64,000 bases of DNA from an uncultured Nitrososphaeraceae archaeon (GTDB taxonomy: Archaea; Thermoproteota; Nitrososphaeria; Nitrososphaerales; Nitrososphaeraceae), in NCBI GenBank assembly GCA_963825865.1, contig CAWGVG010000029.1, positions 126,545 through 190,544 on the forward strand. The letters run 5' to 3'. Shown in pieces: positions 34,996-45,542 of the stretch. Within the stretch, counting starts at the first letter, position 1, and each line of letters begins with the position of its first letter. The notes beneath the pieces were generated by a model. The model was not told where the DNA came from. It searched no databases and worked only from the letters and a program-made list of their open reading frames with translations. The translations under genes and the position numbers were made by a program.

Positions 34996-35189
34996 GTAAG
35001 TATTTCAACCTTTATAATACAACTTCCAAATTGGTGACAGGAGATAGTATAATTATGGTCATATGGATCAACTTTTGTTTTGGCGTAGAATTTGTGATTG
35101 GATCGTATGAATAGTAAATGAAATGAACACGAAATCCAGCAAAGCATTACTCTACTGAATTTTATCTTTATGAAATTATACTAAAGTCT

Positions 35190-35945
35190 CTAGGAATGCT
35201 TTTTGAGATAACATATAATAGATAATCCTATTTTTTTACCTGTCTTCTCTTCTACATTTTTTAATAAAGGAACTATTCTGTCGAATAGTTTACATGCATT
35301 ACTATTTATTTTTGGATTTTTGGCTATATTTCCGTTTACATACCAACCTATGATTCCTACCATATTAAAGTAGAACATTCGCTCTATACTAAATCGAGTT
35401 TTTCTAATTTTCAATTCTAAATCCTTTTTTGTATATCTCCTAAAATGACCTACGTTTGTATCAATCACATTATAGAGAAATTTATGACATGGGACTAAAA
35501 TAATTAGAATTCCTTCATTTTTTAACATTTTGTATAATTGCTGTAAAGCAAATATATCGTCTTCTACATGTTCTAAAACGTTAATTGCTATTATGGAATC
35601 AAATCTTTCATAGCCTATTTTTTCATAATCTGCTTTACAATTTAGATCCAACTTATATGTTGAAATATTATTAGTGTTATTGTTGTTGCTTTTAGAAAAT
35701 CTTTCTTCTAATTTTTTAACATAAGGTAAAGAAATATCTGTTAGTGTTATATGCGAAAGTGGAAGATCACGAATTATTTTTTGCGAGAAGGTGCCTATGC
35801 CACTGCCTACTTCGAGAACATCTCCTTTCAAACCCGGCAATATCTCATTATACATCCAATTGTTAAAACGATTGCTCTGTGATACAATTTCTAAATTTTC
35901 ATGGCCAGAATAATAAACAATTTTACCTTTAGGGATGCTAACCAT
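35190..35945 (-). CDS. Class I SAM-dependent methyltransferase of the type linked to glycosyltransferases
   Basis: VLEVGSGIG, INVLEHVEDD, LVP...YNVIDTNVGHFRRY. Confidence 0.88.
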   Translation of the reverse strand: MVSIPKGKIVYYSGHENLEIVSQSNRFNNWMYNEILPGLKGDVLEVGSGIGTFSQKIIRDLPLSHITLTDISLPYVKKLEERFSKSNNNNTNNISTYKLDLNCKADYEKIGYERFDSIIAINVLEHVEDDIFALQQLYKMLKNEGILIILVPCHKFLYNVIDTNVGHFRRYTKKDLELKIRKTRFSIERMFYFNMVGIIGWYVNGNIAKNPKINSNACKLFDRIVPLLKNVEEKTGKKIGLSIICYLKKHS

Positions 35946-36229
35946 AATATGTATCTTTTGACCACTTATGCAATCTGTGAACTTTGATAAAAAGGTTGAC
36001 TTGAAAGTTCCATTCTACTTTTTATACTAAATATTTATTCATCTGGAGTCGAATCCCAGTTTTGATTTAATATTCAATTATGCGCTAGTATATTATTTGT
36101 CATCCTGATAGATAGATATCCTAACCCGTTTCATGCTATTATTTATCATATGAAGTAAATAGAGTATGTTCAACTATAGACTACACTAATAAAAGGAATA
36201 GCTTAGGTTAACATAGTCTACTTTCTATG

Positions 36230-37232
36230 TTATCTCTTTATTTGCTTCTTTGATACATTCAAATTATTTAGATCATCTGCAAGTTCTTTGGAAGCTAATG
36301 TCACAGCCTTCATGCTGGAAAATTGTGGCTTCCATCCTAATTTTTTCAATTTCGATATATCCAGATGCATATGCTTTACATCTCCTATCCAACCTCTTCC
36401 GTCATTAGATACAGGATCTTGTGTTACTAATTCTACATTTCGGAGATTCATTGTATTGCAAACAATTTTGGCGATAGAAATAACGTTCAACCTATCCTCA
36501 CTTCCAACATTGAATATCTCAATTCTTTGTTTGACTTGCGTATCCGTTAGGCAGAAGAAAAAACCTTTTATACAATCAACTATATATATATATGATTTTG
36601 ACTGCAGCCCATTACCCATGATTTCCAACCTATTATTATTATTTTGTAGTTTTTTGATAAAATCCCATATGACTCCATGCCTGCTTCTAGATCCTATAAC
36701 ATTGGCCAGCCTAAAGATGTACCCGTTGATGCCATAACTATAACAGTACCATGATAGTAGAACCTCACATGCTATTTTAGAGGCGCCATATAGGGAAATA
36801 GGTAGAAGTGGTCCATAATTTTCTGATGTGGGTATTTTTTCAGGCTCACCATATACGGTAGACGAGGATGGGAACAAGAATGTTTCCACCTTTGACTTGC
36901 GCACTTGTTCTAGAAGATTAAACGTATTTCTTATGTTATTATTATATGGGGTCTCTGGGTCTTCGAATCCGGTCCTAACCTCTGGATATGCAGCCATATG
37001 AAAGACCGTCTTTACGTCTTCTAAAGCTTCTTTCGTGCTCTCTGGATCGTTTAAATCCTTGTGTAGGAAACGGAACCTTTCATTATCAAAATGCTTAGAC
37101 AAGAAGGAAATGCTACCGCTAGAAAGATTATCTAATACTTTGACTTTAACGCCCTTAGAAAGAAGATTCTCTACAATATGACTTCCAATAAAGCCTGCAC
37201 CGCCAGTTACAGAGTACTGTGCCTAGGCGCAA
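36230..37232 (-). CDS. NAD-dependent epimerase/dehydratase (UDP-glucose 4-epimerase-like)
   Basis: VTGGAGFIGSH upstream of the track ORF (one indel), VFHMAA, SSSTVYG, YGASK, GWIGDV. Confidence 0.92.
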
Positions 37233-38026
37233 AGATAGGTCGTTACAAATTTTTGAATTATTAGAGGTAGTATTGTACATTGAAGATAGCCTTTCAGATT
37301 AGGTATCATCATCATAGTCATCATTTTATACATATCTCTATACTTGACTCTTCAACCCCGAATTAACACAATGGAATAAAATTGTTATTTTCAGTTATAT
37401 ATTATTATCACATCATGACAATCATCATACTAGATTATTGAAAAAATATTTCAAAACAAATTTTCATATTGTCGAGCTTTATAATAATAATATAATCTTT
37501 TGCTATTTCCTTCCTAGAACAGATAGGTAATACTTAACATTTGGTGCAGTTCTCGTCATCATCATATTGCAATATCTGGAAATATTATTATCTCTATCAG
37601 TGAACCTGAACTAGATCTCAGTTTTAACGTATTTTCCCCTTTAATGACAATATTTGGAGAACATTAGGACATTTGAAAAAAATTATTGAAAAGAAAAATA
37701 CCTGTAATGGGTATAACAGTTATAATATATTCAAAGGTAAGAAGCATTTGTTATTGTAGTCTATACCAACGGGTAAAATAGTAAGTAGATCTCTGAGGAA
37801 AAAATAATTGGGGTTAGAGATGTGTGGCAGATCAAACAATTCTGGTTCTATTCGCTTTCAACCACTGCATATTTTCCTCTACTAATTGGAGATCAAAATT
37901 AATGAGCAGGCAGCAAAAAACACCAAAAAACCAAACGGAAGTGAAAGTCGTTAAATTAAGGTTGATTCAATATCCAAAAAGCAGGACTTATTAGTGACAA
38001 TTTAAATTGTAAAAATCATTAAACTG

Positions 38027-39694
38027 ATGAATAATAATACCAGGTTAATCTTTTTAGTTTTTAGCTTTTTCCTTATAGTTAATCTTGCCTCAAATGGTGG
38101 TCATTTTGACCAATGGGATGGTGTTGAGACGTTTCTTGTTACTGAAAGTATGGTGCTGAAACATTCTGCCAAGTTACACCCTGATGTACCTAGCATAGAG
38201 AAACTCTTATTCAATATACGCTATACCGTGTGGGCTAATAAGGAACTCCAAACAGGAAAAAATTACAATTATAACACCATGCAACTTGAACCTGTCTATA
38301 CACTTAGATCGTTATTCCTCTCAGCAGTAGCAGTCCCTTTTTATTATGCAGCCATAATTTTTTCAATCGCTCCAATTCCATTAGTAGCAATTTTAGTAAA
38401 TTCGTTGATAATTTCATTAACCTCTTTGCTCATATTCTGTTTTTCGTTAGAGATTTATGATTCTAAAAAAATAGCATTCATATTAAGTCTAATTTTTGGC
38501 CTATGTTCTTTTGTTTGGCCATACATTACCAGTTTATGGCCACAGCCTTTACAGGCACTTTGCATTCTTGCATCAGCATTTTTCATTTATATGTCACTAC
38601 ACCACCACTTTTCATTTATATGTCAATATAGTAGACCAAAGAATAAAGGAATTTATTTTGCTGGATTAGGAGGTCTATTTCTCGGCTTGTCAGTATTTGC
38701 TCATCCTACTAGCGCTATTGTAATCCCCGGCTTTATCGTATATTCTATTTTTTCAATGAAGAGCAATAGAAAAAGCCTTTTTTCTTTTCTGATAATACTG
38801 GGTATTATCCTATTTTTTGTAGGAGTTGTTAACTACTGGAGATTCGGTTCATTTACAGAGTTTGGATATGGTTACTATGGCTCATTGTCAGCTCATGCTG
38901 GATGGACGGGTTTAATAGGGCTGCTGGTAAGTCCGGGGTTTGGATTAATTTTCTATTTCCCAATCGCAATTTTACTTCCTCTAGCATTAAAGCATATGTA
39001 TAGAAAAAATAAAGGGTTGTTCTTTCTTGCTACTTATATTATTTTTGTGAATTGGTTCTGGGTTGGTACGTTATCTTATGGGGAAGGATCGAGGGATTGG
39101 AGCGGAGCCACTGCATGGGGTCCAAGATATTTGATACCAGTGTTACCATTTATTACGATAGTATTTGGATCATTATTGCTACATTTGAAAAAAACATTAT
39201 TTTTGAAAAAAACATTATTTTTGAAACTCTCAGTAATAATACTATGTATTGCTGGTTTCTATGTTAATTTGCTTGGAATACTTGTTTGGTATATGTATGG
39301 ATATACTTATGGTTGGAGAATAGAAGGATTATGGAAATCTGTCAATTATATGAGCATTATGACATGGAATCCCTATTATTCTCCAATTGTTCTGCATACC
39401 AAAGCCTTGATTTCTGATTATCTTTCTCATCTCCAACCAGAACAATATCGTTATACGTCTTGGTATTGGACAACTTACGGGCTTGCTCCTTGTTCTTATG
39501 ATATTTACCTTTTTTGTAAATTGGGAATTATGCCTACGTTGTTGTTATATTCAGTTATTGCCATTCTGGCAATGCTAATAATAAAGGAAATTAGCAAGTT
39601 TAATCCTTTGTCATTTATTATTGTTCAATTAAAAAATAATTGTGGTAGTACCAACAGAAATCGACAAAAAATTAATACCTCAGAATCTTCGTAG
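38027..39694 (+). CDS. Multi-TM GT-C-like (PMT/ArnT-type) glycosyltransferase
   Basis: About 12 TM helices, acidic residues after TM1 (WDG.E), large first loop, GLLVSPGFGL and WGPRYLIP motifs. Confidence 0.7.
   Translation: MNNNTRLIFLVFSFFLIVNLASNGGHFDQWDGVETFLVTESMVLKHSAKLHPDVPSIEKLLFNIRYTVWANKELQTGKNYNYNTMQLEPVYTLRSLFLSAVAVPFYYAAIIFSIAPIPLVAILVNSLIISLTSLLIFCFSLEIYDSKKIAFILSLIFGLCSFVWPYITSLWPQPLQALCILASAFFIYMSLHHHFSFICQYSRPKNKGIYFAGLGGLFLGLSVFAHPTSAIVIPGFIVYSIFSMKSNRKSLFSFLIILGIILFFVGVVNYWRFGSFTEFGYGYYGSLSAHAGWTGLIGLLVSPGFGLIFYFPIAILLPLALKHMYRKNKGLFFLATYIIFVNWFWVGTLSYGEGSRDWSGATAWGPRYLIPVLPFITIVFGSLLLHLKKTLFLKKTLFLKLSVIILCIAGFYVNLLGILVWYMYGYTYGWRIEGLWKSVNYMSIMTWNPYYSPIVLHTKALISDYLSHLQPEQYRYTSWYWTTYGLAPCSYDIYLFCKLGIMPTLLLYSVIAILAMLIIKEISKFNPLSFIIVQLKNNCGSTNRNRQKINTSESS
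39184..39226 (+). repeat. 18-bp in-frame tandem duplication (LKKTLF x2)
   Basis: TTTGAAAAAAACATTATT x2.4. Confidence 0.85.
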
Positions 39695-39890
39695 GGGCCT
39701 AGTATTCTAATATCCATGCCTTACTTTAAATTTATGAAGAATCTCTCATGCTAGTTATAATAATGATTCCATAATACTGATATCGGAAGGCTTTCTAAAA
39801 CAGTATTAAAAACTGATTATTGGACTCTTCAGTTAATTCTTTAATGACTCGACATTTTATTACTAGGTCAGATTTCATAGGTTGTTTTTG

Positions 39891-39926
39891 GCTTTAGACA
39901 TTGACGTAGCTTTAGACATTGACGTA
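39891..39926 (+). repeat. 18-bp perfect intergenic tandem repeat
   Basis: GCTTTAGACATTGACGTA x2. Confidence 0.9.
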
Positions 39927-40214
39927 TCCAGATAAGAAAAGAATTTTAATTTATGTTGCAGGTTTTATCTTTAGCTGCAACTCCAAGAACCTTCGGTCAA
40001 AAATAGTAAAGTCACACATAATCAAGAAACAGTTTATTCATACTCCATAGCTGTATGCCAAAATTGAACATGCTACAATTCATATGCTGCCAAAGTAAAA
40101 AAACAAATATACACATTTACAAAGCATATGAATGTAACCAATTAAAAGAAATGCTGCCTTTGTTGAGAAATAAATAAATAAAAGCACGTCATTGGTTAAC
40201 TAGTGTTCTTTTCT

Positions 40215-43200
40215 ATGTATAGGCAAATAATCGCTTTGATGATGTCATTTCTTCTATTTTCATCGGTAATAACTGCTGTTGTTGTACTGTTATCAGAAGG
40301 ATCCCCCAAGTCTATGCAAAAAGTAGTGACGGCGGCGGCAGTAGTGATACCGGCGGCAAAGGCGGCAGTAGTGATACCGGCGGCAAAGGCGGCAGTACGT
40401 GATACCGGCGGCAAAGGCGGCAGTAGTGATACCGGCGGCAACAGGCGGCAGTGGTGATACCGGCGGCAAAGGCGGCAGTAGTGATACCAGCGGCACCACT
40501 AACTCCTGGTAACACCACACCACCGATACCGGCGGCACTACTCCTACACCACCAGATACCTGGTGGCACTATCCTACACCACCAACACCTGGTGAAACAG
40601 CAGCACCACCAACACCTGGTGAAACAGCAGCACCACCAACACCTGGTGAAACAGCAGCACCACCAACACCTGGTGAAACAGCAGCACCACCAACACCTGG
40701 TGAAACAGCAGCAGCACCACCAACACCTGGTGAAACAGCAGCACCACCAACACCTGGTGAAACAGCAGCACCACCAACACCTGGTGAAACAGCAGCACCA
40801 CCAACACCTGGTGAAACAGCAGCACCACCAACACCTGGTGAAACAGCAGCACCACCAACACCTGGTGAAACAGCAGCACCACCAACACCTGGTGAAACAG
40901 CAGCACCACCAACACCTGGTGAAACAGCAGCACCACCAACACCTGGTGAAACAGCAGCACCACCAACACCTGGTGAAACAGCAGCACCACCAACACCTGG
41001 TGAAACAGCAGCACCACCAACACCTGGTGAAACAGCAGCACCACCAACACCTGGTGAAACAGCAGCAGCACCACCAACACCTGGTGAAACAACTGGCAGC
41101 ACCACCACCATCTCCAACACCTGGTGAAACAACTGCGACACCACCACCATCTCCAACACCTGGTGAAACAACTGCAGCACACCACACCACCATCTCCAAC
41201 ACCTGGTGAAACAACTGCAGCACCACCACCATCTCCAACACCTGGTGACAACACCATCTCCAACTACCACGCACCATCTCCAACACCTGGTGAAACAACT
41301 GCAGCACCACTCCACACCATCTCCAACTGCAGCACCATCTCCAACACCAGTCTCCAACTGCGACACCATCTCCAACTGCCAGCACCATCTCCAACTGCAG
41401 CACCATCTCCAACTGCGAGCACCATCTCCAACTGCAGCACCATCTCCAACTGCAGCACCATCTCCAACACCAAACTCTTTGATCTTTAACCTTCCCTGCA
41501 AATTCCCGTTTACTGGAGTGTTTCCTAACTGTGTTCTCCACATACCCACACCATCACCATCTCCAACACCAGCACCATCTCCAACTCCTACAGGAACACC
41601 AGCACCATCTCCAACTCCATCTCCAACACCAGCACCATCTCCAACTCCTACTGGAACACCAGCACCATCTCCAACTCCTACAGGAACACCAGCACCATCT
41701 CCAACTCCTACAGGAACACCAGCACCATCTCCAACTCCTACAGGAACACCAGCACCATCTCCAACTCCTACAGGAACACCAGCACCATCTCCAACTCCTA
41801 CAGGAACTCCTTACCCAACTCCTTATCCAACTCCACAGCCCTCACATAATAGTCAAAAAACCGTGATCAAAACTACCATTGTTAACAAGAACACGATTAT
41901 CAATAACGCAATTGCCATTGCCATAGCAAACAGTGGCGCTTCATCCGCTGTTGCTTCAGCAGCCGCTTCAGCTGGCTCAGCAGCCGCTTCAGCAGCCGCT
42001 TCAGCAGCCGCTTGCTTTCCCCGGTGCTACAGCCGCTAGCGTAGCTTCATCCGCTAGCTCAGCAGCCGCTTCAGCAGCCGCTTCAGCAGTTGCTTCTAGG
42101 GGTGGTTCTGCCGCAGCCGCTTCAGCAGCCGCTTCAGCCGCCTCTGCCTCAGCTGTTGCTACAGCTGCTGCTGGACTAGCCAAGGCAGATGGCAAGTCAG
42201 TTACTGACGTAGCCGCTTCAGCCGCCGCTGCAGCCGCCTTTATTATTGGCGTTTCACCATCCACCGCTGCAGCTGCAGCCGCTGCAGCCGCTGCTACTGC
42301 TGAAGGAGCTTCAGCTTCAGCTGCAAATGCTGCCTGGTGCAGCCGGCTGCCTGCTGGCAAGTCATCCGCTGTCGTCTCTGCAGCTGTCGCTGCGTATGGT
42401 GGTGGTGCAGCACGGCAGGCTAGTGCCGCAGCTGGCTCGGCAGCAGGAGCTGCTGCTGGTGCTGGACCAGGTGCAGGAGCGGCTAGTGCAGCTGCCGCTA
42501 CTACTAAATCAACGTCAAGTAAATCAACCTCAGCAGTGTCAGCCAGCCGCCGCTACTGCAGGCGGATCTGCCTCAGCCGCAGCAGCTGCAACTGCGGCTG
42601 CTAACCGCAAATCAACTTCTGCGGTATCAGCGGCCTGCCGCTACTGCAGCCGCTTCTGCGGTAGCGAGCTGCTGGTGGTACACGTGCAGCTGCGGCAGCA
42701 GCAGCAGCGAGCCGCTGCCAACCTATGGCAATGGTGCTTCATCTGCCGCAGCCGCTGCTGCAGGCTCTGCCGCTGCCAACCGCTGCTGCTCAGTGGAAAA
42801 TCGGCTTTCTCAGTAGCAGCCAGCCGCGGCAGCAGCAGGCGGTCAACGAAGTGCTACATCAGCTATATCTACGGCTGTCGCCACTGCTGCAAGTGTTAAA
42901 CACTTCACAGGTCCTGCTGCTGCAACTGCTGCCAGCCGCTGCAGGTGCAGCCGCCGCTTCTGCTTCTGCTGCAGGTGCATCCGCTTCCGCAAGCCGCCGC
43001 TTCTGCTTCTGCTGCAGGTGCATCCGCTTCCGCGGCAGCAGCATCCCGTGGTATCATACCTTCCGCAGCCGCTTCCGCAGCCGCTTCCGCAGCCGCTTCC
43101 GCTGGTGCGTCCTCCGCAGCCGCTTCCGCAGTCGCCTCAGCAACGGGAGCTGCAGCTTCCGCAGCAGCGGGCAGCCTCTGCAGGTGCATCTTCCGCATCC

Positions 43201-43300
43201 GCCGCTGCCAACTGCAGCAGCTCCTGTTCCTGGTGCAACTGCAGCCAGCGTCGCTTCCGCAGCCGCGACTGCTGTTGCATCAGCTTCAACAGTCCGCTAA
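40215..43300 (+). CDS. Secreted ~1000-aa repetitive block protein (Gly/Ser, Pro/Thr and silk-like Ala/Ser domains); many apparent indels
   Basis: Signal peptide [34 protein letters not shown]; segments in a consistent reconstructed frame [36 protein letters not shown]; ends ASTVR-TAA followed by a T-run. Confidence 0.75.
40337..40487 (+). repeat. 27-bp tandem repeat encoding GSSDTGGKG (about 5.5 copies)
   Basis: GGCAGTAGTGATACCGGCGGCAAAGGC. Confidence 0.9.
40577..41092 (+). repeat. 27-bp tandem repeat encoding PPTPGETAA (19 copies, two with an extra GCA)
   Basis: CACCACCAACACCTGGTGAAACAGCAG, essentially identical copies. Confidence 0.95.
41093..41470 (+). repeat. Degenerate 39-bp ([13 protein letters not shown]) and 18-bp (PSPTAA) repeats
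   Basis: CCATCTCCAACACCTGGTGAAACAACTGCAGCA and CCATCTCCAACTGCAGCA units. Confidence 0.85.
41566..41805 (+). repeat. 30-bp tandem repeat encoding [10 protein letters not shown] (8 copies)
   Basis: ACACCAGCACCATCTCCAACTCCTACAGGA; one copy differs at protein level. Confidence 0.95.
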
Positions 43301-44158
43301 GGATGATAAATAATCATTCTTTTTTTTACTTTGTAATTTACTAATTTGGTAGTGAGTAAAACCCTTTCAATGGTGATAGTGTGAGTTGTGGATCTATTCT
43401 ATTGATCGATAAAAATGACTGGATTGTTTTATAAAAGATTACATGTTTTATTGAAGCAGCTTTTGCAACAACATTTTATATGTGGTTCTTTCATTGCAGA
43501 AATTCGCCTTGAGCGACCCATTTTTGTTTTACCAACCATGTATCTGTAATATTGTCGATAGAACTTTAATTTGGGATACTAGTGTGTAGATAATTTATTA
43601 TCTCTCTTTATTGTTGTTCGAAACTTACGTTTAGTAATGAAACATAAACAATAATATGATAGAAAAAAAGTAACACCTTACTTAAGTTCATCGGCAGATA
43701 TTTGGTTATGATTAGCGATCTCTTGCATTTGTTGCTTACTATGATCCGTTATCTATGTTGATGCATTATTAATGCTGACAGGTTTAGTGTATGATATGTT
43801 GTACTATGATATTAATATGGATCTGTGAATGACGATCGTAAAATAGTTGAGATATTGTTAATAAAAACTATTAACGTGTTATGTCTTTAAATTAAATTAA
43901 ATTAATAAAATAAATTAAATAAAAAATATCCACTGGTTATCTAAGATTTAATAGTAATTATTGCCATATATACTCCAACATTTGCTATACTTGCATCAAT
44001 TTCTAATAAGGGAATAGAGCAACATGTCACAACGCATAACTCGGATAATTTGGCTTAGCTTAAACTACCTTCGGTGCTTGATATTTTTATAAAGTCTTCG
44101 CAACTATTAATTGTTACATTATTTATTTTTTTTCTTTTTTTATATATGTTAGTCGCCA

Positions 44159-45196
44159 CTAAACTTTTGATACCTTAATCATATCTGCCATTTTGATTTG
44201 CATTCCGTAACGGTTCTCTTCACTTTTCATATGGTTGTATATCTTTATCAAATCATATGAATGTCTTAGCATGTTGAACTTTCCTGCTATTTTCAATTGA
44301 ATAAATTTGAATACCAGTGCATATATTTCAAATCTTTTCATCACTGCTTCTCTATAAGATTTTATATCGTGCAAATGTTGGATGAATAATTCTGCACACC
44401 AAGTAGCAGGAATTATTCCTTCACCAAGTAATGAATACACAGTCCCTATAGATTCACCTACACCAACTGATTTTCTACCATCAGTAAATGGCTCACAGTT
44501 TAGGGGTGGGCTTATTCGAACGGGTCTTCCGACTTTTTTTATTACTTCGCAGTTGTATTTTTTTAAAAATCCATCGACAAACTTATTATTCTGTTTTCTT
44601 TCAAAGTCTCCTGCCCCTATATGAGCATAACCATTACCAAGAGGAAAATACCAGAAATAACCCGTCATTGAAGGAAATGCCTTTAGGTAGAAATCGTCAA
44701 ACGGAGCCTTATCCATATCATATCTTACTTTGTATTGGACACACGGTATCCACATTTCATTTTCCAACTTTGGAAGGTAGTTTCTATGAAAGCCGGTTGA
44801 ATCAATTATAATATCAAAATCTGATTCAAGATTTTCCTTTTTTGGTGCTTTGCCGTATTCAATATTAGTGCCTCTTATCATATCCTGAATTAGCTTTAAC
44901 TTGTCATAGGCGACCATTCCTCTCAAACGAATATCAATTCTATTATTCTTATCGTCTCTACTACCAAGATCTACCTTCATATATTTTCCATCATGCAAAA
45001 TATAGTCATCAAAATGTAGACCACAGTTTTTTGCTAAACCTGACATTATATTTTTGCATGTAGCCCATGCACATACAGCGTCGTGTTGCGTTTCTGGCAT
45101 TCTTTCAAAACCCACTACATGATTATCATGATCATTGCTTAATCTGTTCATGATATACGCCCCGGCAACTCCTATGCCGACGACTGCGATTTTCAT
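44159..45196 (-). CDS. FAD-dependent oxidoreductase, geranylgeranyl reductase family
   Basis: VVGIGVAG, CAWA, GYFWYFPLG, VGESIG.V..LLGEGI. Confidence 0.85.
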   Translation of the reverse strand: MKIAVVGIGVAGAYIMNRLSNDHDNHVVGFERMPETQHDAVCAWATCKNIMSGLAKNCGLHFDDYILHDGKYMKVDLGSRDDKNNRIDIRLRGMVAYDKLKLIQDMIRGTNIEYGKAPKKENLESDFDIIIDSTGFHRNYLPKLENEMWIPCVQYKVRYDMDKAPFDDFYLKAFPSMTGYFWYFPLGNGYAHIGAGDFERKQNNKFVDGFLKKYNCEVIKKVGRPVRISPPLNCEPFTDGRKSVGVGESIGTVYSLLGEGIIPATWCAELFIQHLHDIKSYREAVMKRFEIYALVFKFIQLKIAGKFNMLRHSYDLIKIYNHMKSEENRYGMQIKMADMIKVSKV

Positions 45197-45542
45197 TTAA
45201 TACTAAAGGGGCATGTCTTTAATAAAAAGATTGATAAAAATTGACACTAGTGCTAAATTTGCGAAAATAATAAAAATTTGAATGTGATTGTAACTAATTC
45301 TATCGTTACAGTCGCTAACGAAATGTGAACACTTTTAACAAGGAATGTTAGGACATATCTGAGTCAGAACTAGCACATCTCCCACAATTCTAAACTGGCA
45401 CATTGCATAACATTATTCAATAAATAATGAACAAGCAAAATACCTAAATCATAGGCATTCTTTGGTAAGAGGGAGCCTTTGCTATAAAAGGTTATTTTAG
45501 GACAATTATTATATCCTACACCTTGATATATTAATTAGTTAG

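Noticed and set aside
40577-41092. CRISPR array
   Set aside because: Units are head-to-tail with no unique spacers, lengths are multiples of 3, and there are no cas genes.
40196-41549. Minus-strand ORFs with WWCCCFTRC or elastin-like VSPGVGGAA repeats
   Set aside because: Antisense shadows of a stop-free repeat; no plausible start, signal peptide or unique domain.
40451-41866. His/Gln-rich ORFs ([19 protein letters not shown]) as metal-binding proteins
   Set aside because: These are shifted readings of the Pro/Thr repeats. The signal peptide, Cys loop, hinge and silent-site pattern support the Pro/Thr/Ala frame.
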